The notes beneath the pieces were generated by a model. It was not told where the DNA came from and did no database searches. It saw only the letters and a list, made by a program, of their open reading frames with translations. The position numbers and the translations under genes are program-made. From Escherichia coli (GTDB taxonomy: Bacteria > Pseudomonadota > Gammaproteobacteria > Enterobacterales > Enterobacteriaceae), in the NCBI RefSeq assembly GCF_044324785.1, contig NZ_CP172127.1: DNA of 64,000 nucleotides, one strand, 5' to 3'. Position 1 is the first letter of the stretch. Every line of letters begins with the position of its first letter. Below are positions 9,071 through 21,839 of the stretch, piece after piece.

Positions 9071-10573
9071 ATGAGCGAACCCCTGTTAATTGCCCGCACG
9101 TCGGACACAGAACTGTTTTTACTGCCGGGAATGGCGAATCGTCACGGGCTGATTACTGGCGCAACGGGGACGGGTAAAACCGTTACGCTGCAAAAGCTGG
9201 CGGAGTCATTGTCGGAAATCGGTGTTCCGGTGTTTATGGCCGATGTGAAAGGTGATTTAACGGGAGTTGCGGAGGGAGGTACATCTTCGGAAAAACTGCT
9301 CGCAAGGCTTAAAAATATCGGCGTAAATGACTGGCAACCTCATGCTAATCCGGTGGTGGTGTGGGATATCTTTGGCGAGAAAGGCCATCCGGTGCGGGCG
9401 ACGGTTTCGGATCTGGGGCCGCTGTTGCTGGCGCGACTGTTGAATCTCAACGATGTGCAATCTGGCGTGCTGAATATTATCTTTCGTATTGCTGATGATC
9501 AGGGGCTGTTACTGCTCGACTTTAAAGATTTGCGGGCGATTACCCAGTACATCGGCGATAACGCCAAATCCTTCCAGAATCAGTACGGTAATATCAGTAG
9601 CGCATCGGTTGGTGCCATCCAGCGCGGGCTGTTATCGCTGGAACAGCAAGGCGCGGCGCACTTTTTTGGTGAGCCGATGCTGGATATCAAAGACTGGATG
9701 CGTACCGATACCAACGGTAAAGGCGTTATCAATATCCTCAGCGCCGAGAAGCTTTATCAGATGCCGAAACTGTACGCCGCCAGCCTGCTGTGGATGCTTT
9801 CAGAGTTGTATGAACAATTGCCGGAAGCGGGCGATCTGGAGAAACCAAAACTGGTGTTTTTCTTCGACGAGGCGCATCTGCTGTTTAATGACGCACCGCA
9901 GGTACTGCTGGATAAGATTGAGCAGGTGATAAGGCTTATCCGCTCGAAAGGCGTGGGCGTCTGGTTCGTTTCGCAAAACCCGTCAGATATTCCGGATAAC
10001 GTGCTCGGGCAGCTCGGTAATCGCGTTCAGCACGCTTTGCGGGCTTTTACGCCAAAAGATCAGAAAGCAGTGAAGGCAGCGGCGCAAACCATGCGGGCCA
10101 ATCCGGCATTTGATACCGAAAAGGCAATCCAGGAACTGGGGACCGGCGAGGCGTTGATCTCGTTTCTCGATGCGAAAGGAAGCCCTTCAGTGGTGGAACG
10201 GGCGATGGTGATTGCCCCCTGTTCACGAATGGGGCCGGTGACGGAAGATGAGCGTAATGGCTTGATTAATCACTCTCCGGTGTATGGCAAGTACGAGGAT
10301 GACGTGAACCGGGAATCCGCCTATGAGATGTTGCAAAAAGGCTTTCAGGCCAGTACCGAGCAGCAAAATAATCCTCCCGCGAAAGGGAAAGAGGTGGCGG
10401 TGGATGACGGTATTCTTGGTGGATTGAAGGATATTTTGTTTGGCACTACCGGACCACGCGGCGGGAAGAAAGATGGTGTGGTGCAAACAATGGCGAAAAG
10501 CGCCGCCCGCCAGGTGACGAATCAGATTGTGCGTGGGATGTTGGGGAGTTTGCTGGGGGGGAGAAAAAGATAA
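9071..10573 (+). CDS. yjgR: P-loop NTPase of unknown function (DUF853 family)
   Basis: 500 aa; Walker A GATGTGKT and Walker [10 protein letters not shown] seen. Confidence 0.88.
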   Translation: MSEPLLIARTSDTELFLLPGMANRHGLITGATGTGKTVTLQKLAESLSEIGVPVFMADVKGDLTGVAEGGTSSEKLLARLKNIGVNDWQPHANPVVVWDIFGEKGHPVRATVSDLGPLLLARLLNLNDVQSGVLNIIFRIADDQGLLLLDFKDLRAITQYIGDNAKSFQNQYGNISSASVGAIQRGLLSLEQQGAAHFFGEPMLDIKDWMRTDTNGKGVINILSAEKLYQMPKLYAASLLWMLSELYEQLPEAGDLEKPKLVFFFDEAHLLFNDAPQVLLDKIEQVIRLIRSKGVGVWFVSQNPSDIPDNVLGQLGNRVQHALRAFTPKDQKAVKAAAQTMRANPAFDTEKAIQELGTGEALISFLDAKGSPSVVERAMVIAPCSRMGPVTEDERNGLINHSPVYGKYEDDVNRESAYEMLQKGFQASTEQQNNPPAKGKEVAVDDGILGGLKDILFGTTGPRGGKKDGVVQTMAKSAARQVTNQIVRGMLGSLLGGRKR

Positions 10574-10667
10574 GTCAGACGTGATCTGTGCCCCTCACCC
10601 TAACCCTCTCCCCAAAGGGGCAAGGGGACCGTTCGAACTCGTATTTGACTTTGTCAACAATAATAAA

Positions 10668-10683
10668 GGGAGCTTTCGCTCCC
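10668..10683. terminator. Short GC hairpin (GGGAGC-TTTC-GCTCCC) between convergent yjgR and lptG
   Basis: Seen directly; A/T-rich flanks. Confidence 0.45.
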
Positions 10684-10691
10684 TTGTTAGA

Positions 10692-11774
10692 TTACGATTT
10701 TCTCATTAACAGCCACAGGCTGATTAAGAAGAAGCTGGCGCTTGGCAACAGTGCGCCGATGATCGGCGGGATGCCATAAACCAACGTCAGCGGGCCGAAG
10801 ATCTGGTCCAGTACGTAGAAGACAAAACCGAAGCTGATACCGGTGACCACACGCACGCCCATCGGTACGCTACGCAGTGGGCCAAAGATGAACGACAGCG
10901 CCATCAACATCATCACCGCCACGGATAGCGGCTGGAAGATTTTGCTCCACATGTTGAGCTGATAACGTCCGGCATCCTGACCGCTCGACTTCAGATACTT
11001 CACATAGTTGTGCAAACCGCTGATAGAGAGTGCATCCGGGTCCAGCGCCACCACGCCCAGTTTGTCCGGCGTGAGGTTGGTTTTCCAGGTGCCGCTCACC
11101 GTCTGCGAACCGGTAATCTGTTTCGGATTGGTCAAATCAGATTCATCAACCTGCGACAGACGCCAGACTTTATGTTCCGGGTCAAACTTCGCGGTAGCGG
11201 CATAGCGTACGGATTGCAGACGACGATTCTCGTTAAAGGCATAAATGCTGATGCCACCTAACTCTTCGTCACCTTTAACCCGCTCAATGTAGACGAAGTT
11301 GTTGCCATCTTTCGCCCATAAGCCTTGCTGGGTAGAGAGCAACGAGCCGCCGTACATCGCCTGCGCACGGTAGTTACGCGCCATCTGTTCGCCCTGCGGC
11401 GCGACCCATTCGCCAATCGCCATCGTCAGCAAGACCAGCGGAATGGCGGTTTTCATCACCGACAGCGCAACCTGCATACGGGTAAAACCAGAAGCCTGCA
11501 TCACCACCAGTTCGCTGCGCTGCGCCAGCATCCCAAGACCAAGCAACGCCCCAAGCAGAGCCGCCATCGGGAAGAAGATTTGCACATCTTTCGGCACGCT
11601 CAGCAAGGTATACATTCCTGCGCCTAACGCGTCGTAACTCCCCTGCCCGGCTTTTTTCAGCTGATCGACAAACTTGATAATGCCCGACAGTGACACCAGC
11701 ATGAACAGCGTCATCATGATGGTGGTGAAAATAGTTTTACCGATATAGCGGTCAAGTACGCCAAAAGGTTGCAT
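10692..11774 (-). CDS. lptG: LPS export ABC transporter permease LptG
   Basis: ORF 10692..11777; start MQPFGVLDRYIGK (360 aa); overlaps the lptF stop. Confidence 0.92.
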   Translation of the reverse strand: MQPFGVLDRYIGKTIFTTIMMTLFMLVSLSGIIKFVDQLKKAGQGSYDALGAGMYTLLSVPKDVQIFFPMAALLGALLGLGMLAQRSELVVMQASGFTRMQVALSVMKTAIPLVLLTMAIGEWVAPQGEQMARNYRAQAMYGGSLLSTQQGLWAKDGNNFVYIERVKGDEELGGISIYAFNENRRLQSVRYAATAKFDPEHKVWRLSQVDESDLTNPKQITGSQTVSGTWKTNLTPDKLGVVALDPDALSISGLHNYVKYLKSSGQDAGRYQLNMWSKIFQPLSVAVMMLMALSFIFGPLRSVPMGVRVVTGISFGFVFYVLDQIFGPLTLVYGIPPIIGALLPSASFFLISLWLLMRKS

Positions 11775-12874
11775 CACACCGCTCCTTTACGCGAAAAACT
11801 GGCGCGCAGGCGGCGGACCGGCACGGTGTCCCAAAGGTTGAGAACAATCGCCAAAGCCAGATAAATCAGGTTAACGGTCCACATCCACAGCGTCGGGTCC
11901 AGCTTACCTTTACCGCCGTTCGATTTCAGGGAGGTCTGGATCAGGAAGAAAAGTAGATACAGCAGCATGGCTGGCAGCATCGACAGTACGCGTCCCTGAC
12001 GCGGGTTAACCACACTCAACGGTACAACCATAAGTGCCATCATAAACACGGTGAATACCAACGTGATACGCCAGTTCAGTTCTGCGCGGGCACGATCGGT
12101 GTCAGTCTTCCACAATGTGCGCATGTCCATCTGGTCGGTATCGTTCGGGTCGAGCGCCACCGCCTGGTGACCAATGATCGCCTGATAATCCTGGAAGTCC
12201 GTAATGCGGAAATCACGTAACAGTGCAGTGCCTTCGAAGCGCGTTCCCTGGTTGAGAGTGACGACCTGGGAGCCGTCGCGCAGCTGGGTTAAATGTCCGG
12301 AATCGGCCACCACCACAGAAGGACGTGCATTACCTTTTGGTCGAATTTGCGCGAGGAACACATCTTTAAAATCACTGCCGTCAACGCTTTCGATGAACAG
12401 CACCGAGCTGCCATTAGTCGCTTGCTGGAATTGCCCTTGCGCCAGCGCCGCCATGCCAGGGTTCGCTTTCGCTTCTGCTAACACTTCATCCTGATGACGC
12501 GATGACCACGGTCCCGCCCACATCACGTTAACCGCCGCGACGATTGCCGTGAATACCGCAAGGATCATTGCCGCTTTCACCAGAACCGCTTTGCTCAGGC
12601 CGCAGGCATGCATTACCGTAATTTCACTTTCGGTATACAGTTTGCCCAGCGTCATCAGCAGCCCGAGGAACAGGCTTAATGGCAGGATAAGCTGCGCCAT
12701 TTCCGGCACGCCCAACCCGAGAAGGGAGAGCACCAGATTCGCCGGAATATCGCCGTCAACCGCTGCGCCGAGGATCCTCACTAACTTTTGACAGAAGAAG
12801 ATCAAAAGCAAGATGAAGAGTATCGCCAGCTGGCTTTTGAGCGTCTCCCGCACCAGATATCTTATGATTATCAC
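11774..12874 (-). CDS. lptF: LPS export ABC transporter permease LptF
   Basis: 366 aa; MIIIRYLVRETLKSQ. Confidence 0.92.
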   Translation of the reverse strand: MIIIRYLVRETLKSQLAILFILLLIFFCQKLVRILGAAVDGDIPANLVLSLLGLGVPEMAQLILPLSLFLGLLMTLGKLYTESEITVMHACGLSKAVLVKAAMILAVFTAIVAAVNVMWAGPWSSRHQDEVLAEAKANPGMAALAQGQFQQATNGSSVLFIESVDGSDFKDVFLAQIRPKGNARPSVVVADSGHLTQLRDGSQVVTLNQGTRFEGTALLRDFRITDFQDYQAIIGHQAVALDPNDTDQMDMRTLWKTDTDRARAELNWRITLVFTVFMMALMVVPLSVVNPRQGRVLSMLPAMLLYLLFFLIQTSLKSNGGKGKLDPTLWMWTVNLIYLALAIVLNLWDTVPVRRLRASFSRKGAV

Positions 12875-13137
12875 TTTAAATACGCCCGTAAAAACTCGTC
12901 TTTTGCAGGATTTTAGCTTGTTTCATGGCTTAAACGTCATTTATTCTCTTGAGTCGTCGAAATCGTCGCTAAGATAATTATACTCAACGGATTCACCTCT
13001 CAGATTTTGTTCTGACGTGCCAATGCCGTAATAACGTTAAGATTAACACGAAGTCATCGCAACAGCGGACATGAGTTACGAAAGCTTGCAATTCTATCTG
13101 TAGCCACCGCCGTTGTCTTTAAGATTCAGGAGCGTAG

Positions 13138-14652
<1,515 letters not shown>

Positions 14653-14673
14653 TTGCATCAGGCAAAGTTGTTA

Positions 14674-14762
<89 letters not shown>

Positions 14763-14813
14763 CTGCGGTGTATATCTGATGCGCATTTAAATCCACCACA
14801 AGAAGCCCCATAT

Positions 14814-15257
14814 ATGAAAAACGCAACGTTCTATCTTCTGGACAATGACACCACCGTCGATGGCTTAAGCGCCGTTGAGCAGTTGGTGTGTGAAATTGCC
14901 GCAGAACGTTGGCGCAGCGGTAAGCGCGTACTCATCGCCTGTGAAGATGAAAAGCAGGCTTACCGGCTGGATGAAGCCCTGTGGGCGCGTCCGGCAGAAA
15001 GCTTTGTTCCGCATAATTTAGCGGGAGAAGGACCGCGCGGCGGTGCGCCGGTGGAGATCGCCTGGCCGCAAAAGCGTAGCAGCAGCCCGCGCGATATATT
15101 GATTAGTCTGCGAACAAGCTTTGCAGATTTTGCCACCGCTTTCACAGAAGTGGTAGACTTCGTTCCTTATGAAGATTCTCTGAAACAACTGGCGCGCGAA
15201 CGCTATAAAGCCTACCGCGTGGCTGGTTTCAACCTGAATACGGCAACCTGGAAATAA
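14814..15257 (+). CDS. holC: DNA polymerase III chi subunit
   Basis: ORF 14751..15257; start [11 protein letters not shown] (147 aa); stop overlaps valS start. Confidence 0.92.
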   Translation: MKNATFYLLDNDTTVDGLSAVEQLVCEIAAERWRSGKRVLIACEDEKQAYRLDEALWARPAESFVPHNLAGEGPRGGAPVEIAWPQKRSSSPRDILISLRTSFADFATAFTEVVDFVPYEDSLKQLARERYKAYRVAGFNLNTATWK

Positions 15258-18112
15258 TGGAAAAGACATATAACCCACAAGATATCGAACAGCCGCTTTA
15301 CGAGCACTGGGAAAAGCAGGGCTACTTTAAGCCTAATGGCGATGAAAGCCAGGAAAGTTTCTGCATCATGATCCCGCCGCCGAACGTCACCGGCAGTTTG
15401 CATATGGGTCACGCCTTCCAGCAAACCATCATGGATACCATGATCCGCTATCAGCGCATGCAGGGCAAAAACACCCTGTGGCAGGTCGGTACTGACCACG
15501 CCGGGATCGCTACCCAGATGGTCGTTGAGCGCAAGATTGCCGCAGAAGAAGGTAAAACCCGTCACGACTACGGCCGCGAAGCTTTCATCGACAAAATCTG
15601 GGAATGGAAAGCGGAATCTGGCGGCACCATTACCCGTCAGATGCGCCGTCTCGGCAACTCCGTAGACTGGGAGCGTGAACGCTTCACTATGGACGAAGGC
15701 CTGTCCAATGCGGTGAAAGAAGTTTTCGTTCGTCTGTATAAAGAAGACCTGATTTACCGTGGCAAGCGCCTGGTAAACTGGGACCCGAAACTGCGTACCG
15801 CTATCTCTGACCTGGAAGTGGAAAATCGCGAATCGAAAGGTTCGATGTGGCACATCCGCTATCCGCTGGCTGACGGCGCGAAAACCGCAGACGGTAAAGA
15901 TTATCTGGTGGTTGCGACCACTCGCCCGGAAACCCTACTGGGCGATACCGGCGTAGCCGTTAACCCGGAAGATCCGCGTTACAAAGATCTGATTGGCAAA
16001 TATGTCATTCTGCCGCTGGTTAACCGTCGTATTCCGATCGTTGGCGACGAACACGCCGACATGGAAAAAGGCACCGGCTGCGTGAAAATCACTCCGGCGC
16101 ACGACTTTAACGACTATGAAGTCGGTAAACGTCATCAACTTCCGATGATCAACATCCTGACCTTTGACGGTGATATCCGTGAAAGCGCCCAGGTGTTCGA
16201 TACCAAAGGTAACGAATCTGACGTTTATTCCAGCGAAATCCCGGCAGAGTTCCAGAAACTCGAGCGTTTTGCTGCACGTAAAGCAGTCGTTGCTGCGGTT
16301 GATGCACTCGGCCTGCTGGAAGAAATTAAACCGCACGACCTGACCGTTCCTTACGGCGACCGTGGCGGCGTGGTTATCGAACCGATGCTGACCGACCAGT
16401 GGTACGTGCGTGCCGATGTACTGGCGAAACCGGCAGTTGAAGCGGTTGAGAACGGCGACATTCAGTTCGTACCGAAGCAGTACGAAAACATGTACTTCTC
16501 CTGGATGCGCGATATTCAGGACTGGTGTATCTCTCGTCAGCTGTGGTGGGGTCACCGTATCCCGGCATGGTACGACGAAGCGGGTAACGTTTATGTTGGC
16601 CGCAACGAAGACGAAGTGCGTAAAGAAAATAACCTCGGTGCCGACGTTGCCCTGCGTCAGGACGAAGACGTTCTCGACACCTGGTTCTCCTCCGCGCTGT
16701 GGACCTTCTCCACCCTCGGTTGGCCGGAAAATACCGACGCCCTGCGTCAGTTCCACCCAACCAGCGTGATGGTATCCGGTTTCGACATCATCTTCTTCTG
16801 GATTGCCCGCATGATCATGATGACCATGCACTTCATCAAAGATGAAAATGGCAAACCGCAGGTGCCGTTCCACACTGTTTACATGACCGGCCTGATTCGT
16901 GATGACGAAGGCCAGAAGATGTCCAAATCCAAGGGTAACGTGATTGACCCGCTGGATATGGTTGACGGTATTTCGCTGCCGGAACTGCTGGAAAAACGTA
17001 CCGGTAATATGATGCAGCCGCAGCTGGCGGACAAAATCCGTAAGCGCACCGAGAAGCAGTTCCCGAACGGCATTGAGCCGCACGGTACTGACGCGCTGCG
17101 CTTCACCCTGGCGGCGCTGGCTTCTACCGGTCGTGACATCAACTGGGATATGAAGCGTCTGGAAGGCTACCGTAACTTCTGTAACAAGCTGTGGAACGCC
17201 AGCCGCTTTGTGCTGATGAACACAGAAGGTCAGGATTGCGGCTTCAACGGTGGTGAAATGACGCTGTCGCTGGCGGATCGCTGGATTCTGGCAGAGTTCA
17301 ACCAGACCATCAAAGCGTACCGCGAAGCGCTGGACAGCTTCCGCTTCGATATCGCTGCAGGCATTCTGTATGAATTCACCTGGAACCAGTTCTGTGACTG
17401 GTATCTGGAGCTGACTAAGCCGGTAATGAATGGTGGAACAGAAGCCGAACTGCGTGGTACTCGCCATACGCTGGTGACTGTACTGGAAGGTCTGCTGCGC
17501 CTCGCGCATCCGATCATTCCATTCATCACCGAAACCATCTGGCAGCGTGTGAAAGTACTTTGCGGTATCACTGCCGACACCATCATGCTGCAACCGTTCC
17601 CGCAGTACGATGCGTCTCAGGTGGATGAAGCGGCACTGGCCGACACCGAGTGGCTGAAACAGGCGATCGTTGCTGTACGTAACATCCGTGCAGAAATGAA
17701 CATCGCGCCGGGCAAACCGCTGGAACTGCTGCTGCGTGGTTGCAGCGCGGATGCAGAACGTCGAGTGAACGAAAACCGTGGCTTCCTGCAAACGCTGGCG
17801 CGTCTGGAAAGCATCACCGTGCTGCCTGCCGATGACAAAGGTCCGGTTTCCGTTACCAAGATCATCGACGGCGCAGAGCTGCTGATCCCGATGGCTGGCC
17901 TCATCAACAAAGAAGATGAGCTGGCGCGTCTGGCGAAAGAAGTGGCGAAGATTGAAGGTGAAATCAGCCGTATCGAGAACAAACTGGCGAACGAAGGCTT
18001 TGTCGCCCGTGCACCGGAAGCGGTCATCGCGAAAGAGCGTGAGAAGCTGGAAGGTTATGCAGAAGCGAAGGCCAAGCTGATTGAGCAGCAGGCTATTATC
18101 GCCGCACTGTAA
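15257..18112 (+). CDS. valS: Valyl-tRNA synthetase
   Basis: 951 aa; HMGH and KMSKS class I motifs seen. Confidence 0.97.
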   Translation: MEKTYNPQDIEQPLYEHWEKQGYFKPNGDESQESFCIMIPPPNVTGSLHMGHAFQQTIMDTMIRYQRMQGKNTLWQVGTDHAGIATQMVVERKIAAEEGKTRHDYGREAFIDKIWEWKAESGGTITRQMRRLGNSVDWERERFTMDEGLSNAVKEVFVRLYKEDLIYRGKRLVNWDPKLRTAISDLEVENRESKGSMWHIRYPLADGAKTADGKDYLVVATTRPETLLGDTGVAVNPEDPRYKDLIGKYVILPLVNRRIPIVGDEHADMEKGTGCVKITPAHDFNDYEVGKRHQLPMINILTFDGDIRESAQVFDTKGNESDVYSSEIPAEFQKLERFAARKAVVAAVDALGLLEEIKPHDLTVPYGDRGGVVIEPMLTDQWYVRADVLAKPAVEAVENGDIQFVPKQYENMYFSWMRDIQDWCISRQLWWGHRIPAWYDEAGNVYVGRNEDEVRKENNLGADVALRQDEDVLDTWFSSALWTFSTLGWPENTDALRQFHPTSVMVSGFDIIFFWIARMIMMTMHFIKDENGKPQVPFHTVYMTGLIRDDEGQKMSKSKGNVIDPLDMVDGISLPELLEKRTGNMMQPQLADKIRKRTEKQFPNGIEPHGTDALRFTLAALASTGRDINWDMKRLEGYRNFCNKLWNASRFVLMNTEGQDCGFNGGEMTLSLADRWILAEFNQTIKAYREALDSFRFDIAAGILYEFTWNQFCDWYLELTKPVMNGGTEAELRGTRHTLVTVLEGLLRLAHPIIPFITETIWQRVKVLCGITADTIMLQPFPQYDASQVDEAALADTEWLKQAIVAVRNIRAEMNIAPGKPLELLLRGCSADAERRVNENRGFLQTLARLESITVLPADDKGPVSVTKIIDGAELLIPMAGLINKEDELARLAKEVAKIEGEISRIENKLANEGFVARAPEAVIAKEREKLEGYAEAKAKLIEQQAIIAAL

Positions 18113-18133
18113 TCAACACAGTGATGAAAACGA

Positions 18134-18162
18134 AGGCCGGCGCATGCGCCGGCCTTTTTTAT
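18134..18162 (+). terminator. Rho-independent terminator of valS
   Basis: GGCCGGCGC-ATG-CGCCGGCC stem followed by TTTTTTAT. Confidence 0.85.
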
Positions 18163-18165
18163 CTC

Positions 18166-19362
18166 TTACAGAAATGGTAAAGAAGGCATAACTCCCCGAG
18201 AAATACTGGCTAAGAAACCTTTATCTGGTTGTTCTTCTTTATTGATTAAAGGAAGGTCATCCAAATCGCCCAGCAAATACGTATTTTTTGCCTGCCAGTC
18301 AATCATCCATATTTTCAGCAGTGGGTAAGCCAGACCACCCGTAATCCCGGATATCACCACCAACGCACACATGCGATAAAGCATACCGTGGTACGTTAAA
18401 GTTGAGCGAAAACGAATACGCCCATCATTCAGTGACAGGTTGCTCATAAAATGATTTCGCAACGACACCGTTAAATAACTGGTGCTAACAGCAATCCCAA
18501 AATAATAAATTAACTGCGCGATTATCATTTTACGTTGCATTTCCATAAATTGCTGTAAATTCTCAATGTCATCATTTGCATATACAGAACTATCATACGC
18601 ATTTAATATTTGATCGAAGATAATATAACCAGCAACAGCGAGAAAAGGCAATAAAGCTAAAAATGCGAGAATGGCATATTTTATACAATACGTAGTATCT
18701 AATTTCACCTTGAAACGATGTATACCGAAACTGGTATTGCTCCAGAGAAAACTCATTACCAGACTATATAAAGTACCATTAAAAATACCAATGGAAACAA
18801 TACCAACTATTGCCATCAGAACCATGGATATAATAACACTACTTGAACTATTGGCAGGTAGCATCTTTGTCGAGATAAAGAAAACAGTCCCCATCCCAAT
18901 GGCCATTAAAATCGGCAAGAAAAAGGTCACCCACCAGAACCCTTTCATAGAGCAATTAAAACTAAATCTTACGCCGTTGAGACTGGTCATTAAGGCCTGA
19001 TGACGCAGTCCTTTTGCTGCCATAAATATAAGCAAAGCCAACAGTAACAAAGTCAAAACACAACCAACAAGCGGCATATCTGCTGACACTGTCATTAAGA
19101 TTGCGAAATAGAAAAAAACAAAAACAAGACAACTAACAAAAACATTCCCACCGGTAATTCCATAAGAAAATCGTTGTCCGTTAACTTCCATATTAGCATA
19201 AAGATAACGCTTACATTTCATTAATGCCCATGGTAAATAGATACCTAGCGTTATAATCGTTAACAACACATTCACCACACAAATAAGAAAATATCTCTCA
19301 CCTGTACCATGAAAAACAAACGAATGGGACGGAACATCCATTTCATTAATAACTTGAGCCAT
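18166..19362 (-). CDS. yjgN: Inner-membrane protein of unknown function (DUF898 family)
   Basis: ORF 18166..19389; start MAQVINEMD (398 aa); multiple hydrophobic segments; AT-rich. Confidence 0.85.
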   Translation of the reverse strand: MAQVINEMDVPSHSFVFHGTGERYFLICVVNVLLTIITLGIYLPWALMKCKRYLYANMEVNGQRFSYGITGGNVFVSCLVFVFFYFAILMTVSADMPLVGCVLTLLLLALLIFMAAKGLRHQALMTSLNGVRFSFNCSMKGFWWVTFFLPILMAIGMGTVFFISTKMLPANSSSSVIISMVLMAIVGIVSIGIFNGTLYSLVMSFLWSNTSFGIHRFKVKLDTTYCIKYAILAFLALLPFLAVAGYIIFDQILNAYDSSVYANDDIENLQQFMEMQRKMIIAQLIYYFGIAVSTSYLTVSLRNHFMSNLSLNDGRIRFRSTLTYHGMLYRMCALVVISGITGGLAYPLLKIWMIDWQAKNTYLLGDLDDLPLINKEEQPDKGFLASISRGVMPSLPFL

Positions 19363-19554
19363 AAAAATTCCCTGAATTAAAAAATCCATTGATATAACTT
19401 ATATATACAGACAGTAAAATGTTCTGCCACGTTACAATACTCTTATCAGTAATAGGCTGGCAAAAACTTTATTACTTTATAAGTCGCTTGCGTACGTAAG
19501 AAGAGAGTGGTATTAAACAAATGTATAATTACTTTATTTTTATTGGGTTAAACT

Positions 19555-20058
19555 ATGAATAACATTGCGCCGCAATCACCTGTAATGCGTCGCCTGACGC
19601 TGCAGGATAATCCTGCTATCGCCCGCGTCATTCGTCAGGTATCCGCCGAATACGGTCTTACCGCTGATAAAGGCTACACCGTCGCCGATCCGAATCTTGA
19701 CGAGCTGTATCAAGTATATAGTCAGCCTGGCCATGCATATTGGGTGGTTGAGTACGAGGGTGAAGTGGTCGGCGGCGGTGGGATAGCGCCATTAACCGGG
19801 AGTGAGTCGGACATTTGCGAACTGCAAAAGATGTATTTTCTTCCGGCTATCCGCGGCAAAGGGCTGGCAAAAAAACTGGCCTTAATGGCGATGGAGCAGG
19901 CGCGAGAGATGGGTTTCAAACGCTGCTATCTGGAAACGACCGCTTTTTTAAAGGAAGCCATTGCGCTTTATGATCATTTGGGCTTTGAGCATATCGACTA
20001 TGCGCTTGGCTGCACGGGCCATGTCGATTGTGAAGTGCGGATGTTGCGCGAACTCTAA
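19555..20058 (+). CDS. yjgM: GNAT-family N-acetyltransferase
   Basis: 167 aa. Confidence 0.85.
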   Translation: MNNIAPQSPVMRRLTLQDNPAIARVIRQVSAEYGLTADKGYTVADPNLDELYQVYSQPGHAYWVVEYEGEVVGGGGIAPLTGSESDICELQKMYFLPAIRGKGLAKKLALMAMEQAREMGFKRCYLETTAFLKEAIALYDHLGFEHIDYALGCTGHVDCEVRMLREL

Positions 20059-20061
20059 AAA

Positions 20062-20088
20062 ATGCCCGCGTGTTCAACTCGCGGGCAT
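20062..20088. terminator. Hairpin ATGCCCGCG...CGCGGGCAT between convergent yjgM and rraB, A6 tract upstream (T6 on minus strand)
   Basis: Seen directly. Confidence 0.65.
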
Positions 20089-20114
20089 TCGAACATTAAC
20101 AACGTACGTTTTGT

Positions 20115-20153
20115 TTATGCCGGATGTGACATGAATGCCTTATCCGGGCTACA
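20115..20153. repeat. REP element
   Basis: TTATGCCGGATGTGACATGAATGCCTTATCCGGGCTACA. Confidence 0.7.
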
Positions 20154-20201
20154 AATTCACCAGGTTGCAGGAACTACCTGAGCCTGATGCGCTACGCTTA
20201 A

Positions 20202-20618
20202 TTAGTGACGAACTCCGTCATCGTCTTCATCGACAAAATCTTCATCGTCGCCATCTTCGCCGTTAGGATCTTCAAAGTAAGTGCCCCAACCGTCGTACTC
20301 AACGTCAAATTTCTCTGCCAGCGTCATCAGTTGTTCAACCTGGGCATCGATCAGATCGGCATTCAATGCGCACTCGCTGAGGATGTCGCAGCAAATCACG
20401 ATGTCACCATCTTCAACTTCCAGCTCCTCTGGATCGGTCACTTCGTAACCGAGTTTAAACGCTTCAACTGCTGCTTTTTCCAGGGTTTCCAGATCGTCTG
20501 CAGAAAGATGGTGTTCGATGGTGTACAACGCGTCCGGATCGCTGCCATCTTCCAGTAATTCTTCAATAATCAAACGTGTTTCTTCACGCTGTTCTTCCAG
20601 TTGTTCCGGGTTTGCCAT
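20202..20618 (-). CDS. rraB: RNase E inhibitor RraB (acidic protein)
   Basis: 138 aa, highly acidic C-terminus. Confidence 0.9.
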
Positions 20619-20715
20619 GGCTCATTCCTCTTAATGTCCTGCCGATACTCTTATTGTCACACACCACTGACATTGCCTCCACCTTTGTGACAAAGATTTA
20701 TGCTTTAGACTTGCA

Positions 20716-20754
20716 AATGAATAATCATCCATATAAATTGAATTTTAATTCATT
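20716..20754. promoter_or_regulatory. Tandem ARG boxes (ArgR operator) upstream of argI
   Basis: AATGAATAATCATCCATA and AATTGAATTTTAATTCATT match the TnTGAATwwwwATTCAnw consensus. Confidence 0.75.
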
Positions 20755-20779
20755 GAGGCGTTAGCCACAGGAGGGATCT

Positions 20780-21784
20780 ATGTCCGGGTTTTATCATAAG
20801 CATTTCCTGAAATTACTCGATTTCACGCCAGCTGAACTCAACAGCCTGCTGCAGTTAGCCGCGAAGCTGAAAGCCGATAAGAAAAGCGGTAAAGAAGAAG
20901 CCAAACTCACTGGTAAAAACATCGCGCTCATCTTCGAAAAAGACTCGACTCGTACCCGATGCTCTTTCGAAGTTGCCGCATATGACCAGGGTGCTCGCGT
21001 TACTTATCTCGGCCCAAGCGGCAGCCAGATTGGTCATAAAGAGTCGATTAAAGACACTGCCCGCGTGCTTGGTCGCATGTATGACGGTATTCAGTATCGC
21101 GGCTATGGTCAGGAGATTGTCGAAACACTGGCGGAATACGCTGGCGTGCCGGTATGGAACGGCCTGACCAATGAGTTCCATCCCACGCAGCTGCTGGCGG
21201 ATCTTCTCACCATGCAGGAGCATTTGCCCGGCCAAGCGTTCAACGAAATGACGCTGGTTTATGCAGGTGACGCGCGTAACAACATGGGAAACTCGATGCT
21301 CGAAGCTGCGGCGCTTACCGGTCTGGATTTGCGTCTGGTCGCGCCGCAGGCATGCTGGCCGGAAGCTGCGCTGGTTACGGAATGCCGCGCCCTGGCACAG
21401 CAAAATGGTGGGAATATTACGCTGACAGAAGATGTCGCGAAGGGAGTTGAAGGTGCTGACTTTATCTATACCGATGTGTGGGTGTCGATGGGGGAAGCAA
21501 AAGAGAAATGGGCGGAACGGATTGCATTGCTGCGTGAATATCAGGTGAACAGCAAGATGATGCAGTTGACCGGTAACCCGGAGGTCAAATTCCTCCACTG
21601 CCTGCCCGCGTTTCATGACGACCAAACGACGCTTGGCAAGAAAATGGCGGAAGAATTTGGCCTACATGGCGGTATGGAAGTCACTGATGAGGTCTTCGAA
21701 TCTGCCGCCAGCATTGTTTTTGATCAGGCGGAAAACCGTATGCATACTATCAAAGCGGTGATGGTCGCGACGCTCAGTAAATAA
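20780..21784 (+). CDS. argI: Ornithine carbamoyltransferase
   Basis: 334 aa; STRTR and HCLP motifs. Confidence 0.96.
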   Translation: MSGFYHKHFLKLLDFTPAELNSLLQLAAKLKADKKSGKEEAKLTGKNIALIFEKDSTRTRCSFEVAAYDQGARVTYLGPSGSQIGHKESIKDTARVLGRMYDGIQYRGYGQEIVETLAEYAGVPVWNGLTNEFHPTQLLADLLTMQEHLPGQAFNEMTLVYAGDARNNMGNSMLEAAALTGLDLRLVAPQACWPEAALVTECRALAQQNGGNITLTEDVAKGVEGADFIYTDVWVSMGEAKEKWAERIALLREYQVNSKMMQLTGNPEVKFLHCLPAFHDDQTTLGKKMAEEFGLHGGMEVTDEVFESAASIVFDQAENRMHTIKAVMVATLSK

Positions 21785-21800
21785 TTGCTATCGCTATAAA

Positions 21801-21831
21801 GATGCCGGGAAATACAAACCATCCCGGCATC
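21801..21831. terminator. Bidirectional terminator hairpin between argI and yjgL (GATGCCGGGA...TCCCGGCATC)
   Basis: Seen directly. Confidence 0.7.
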
Positions 21832-21839
21832 ACATTATT

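Noticed and set aside
15935-17791. 618-aa ORF antisense to valS
   Set aside because: Lies entirely within and opposite the valyl-tRNA synthetase gene, whose identity is certain; long antisense ORFs are a common artefact in GC-rich coding DNA.
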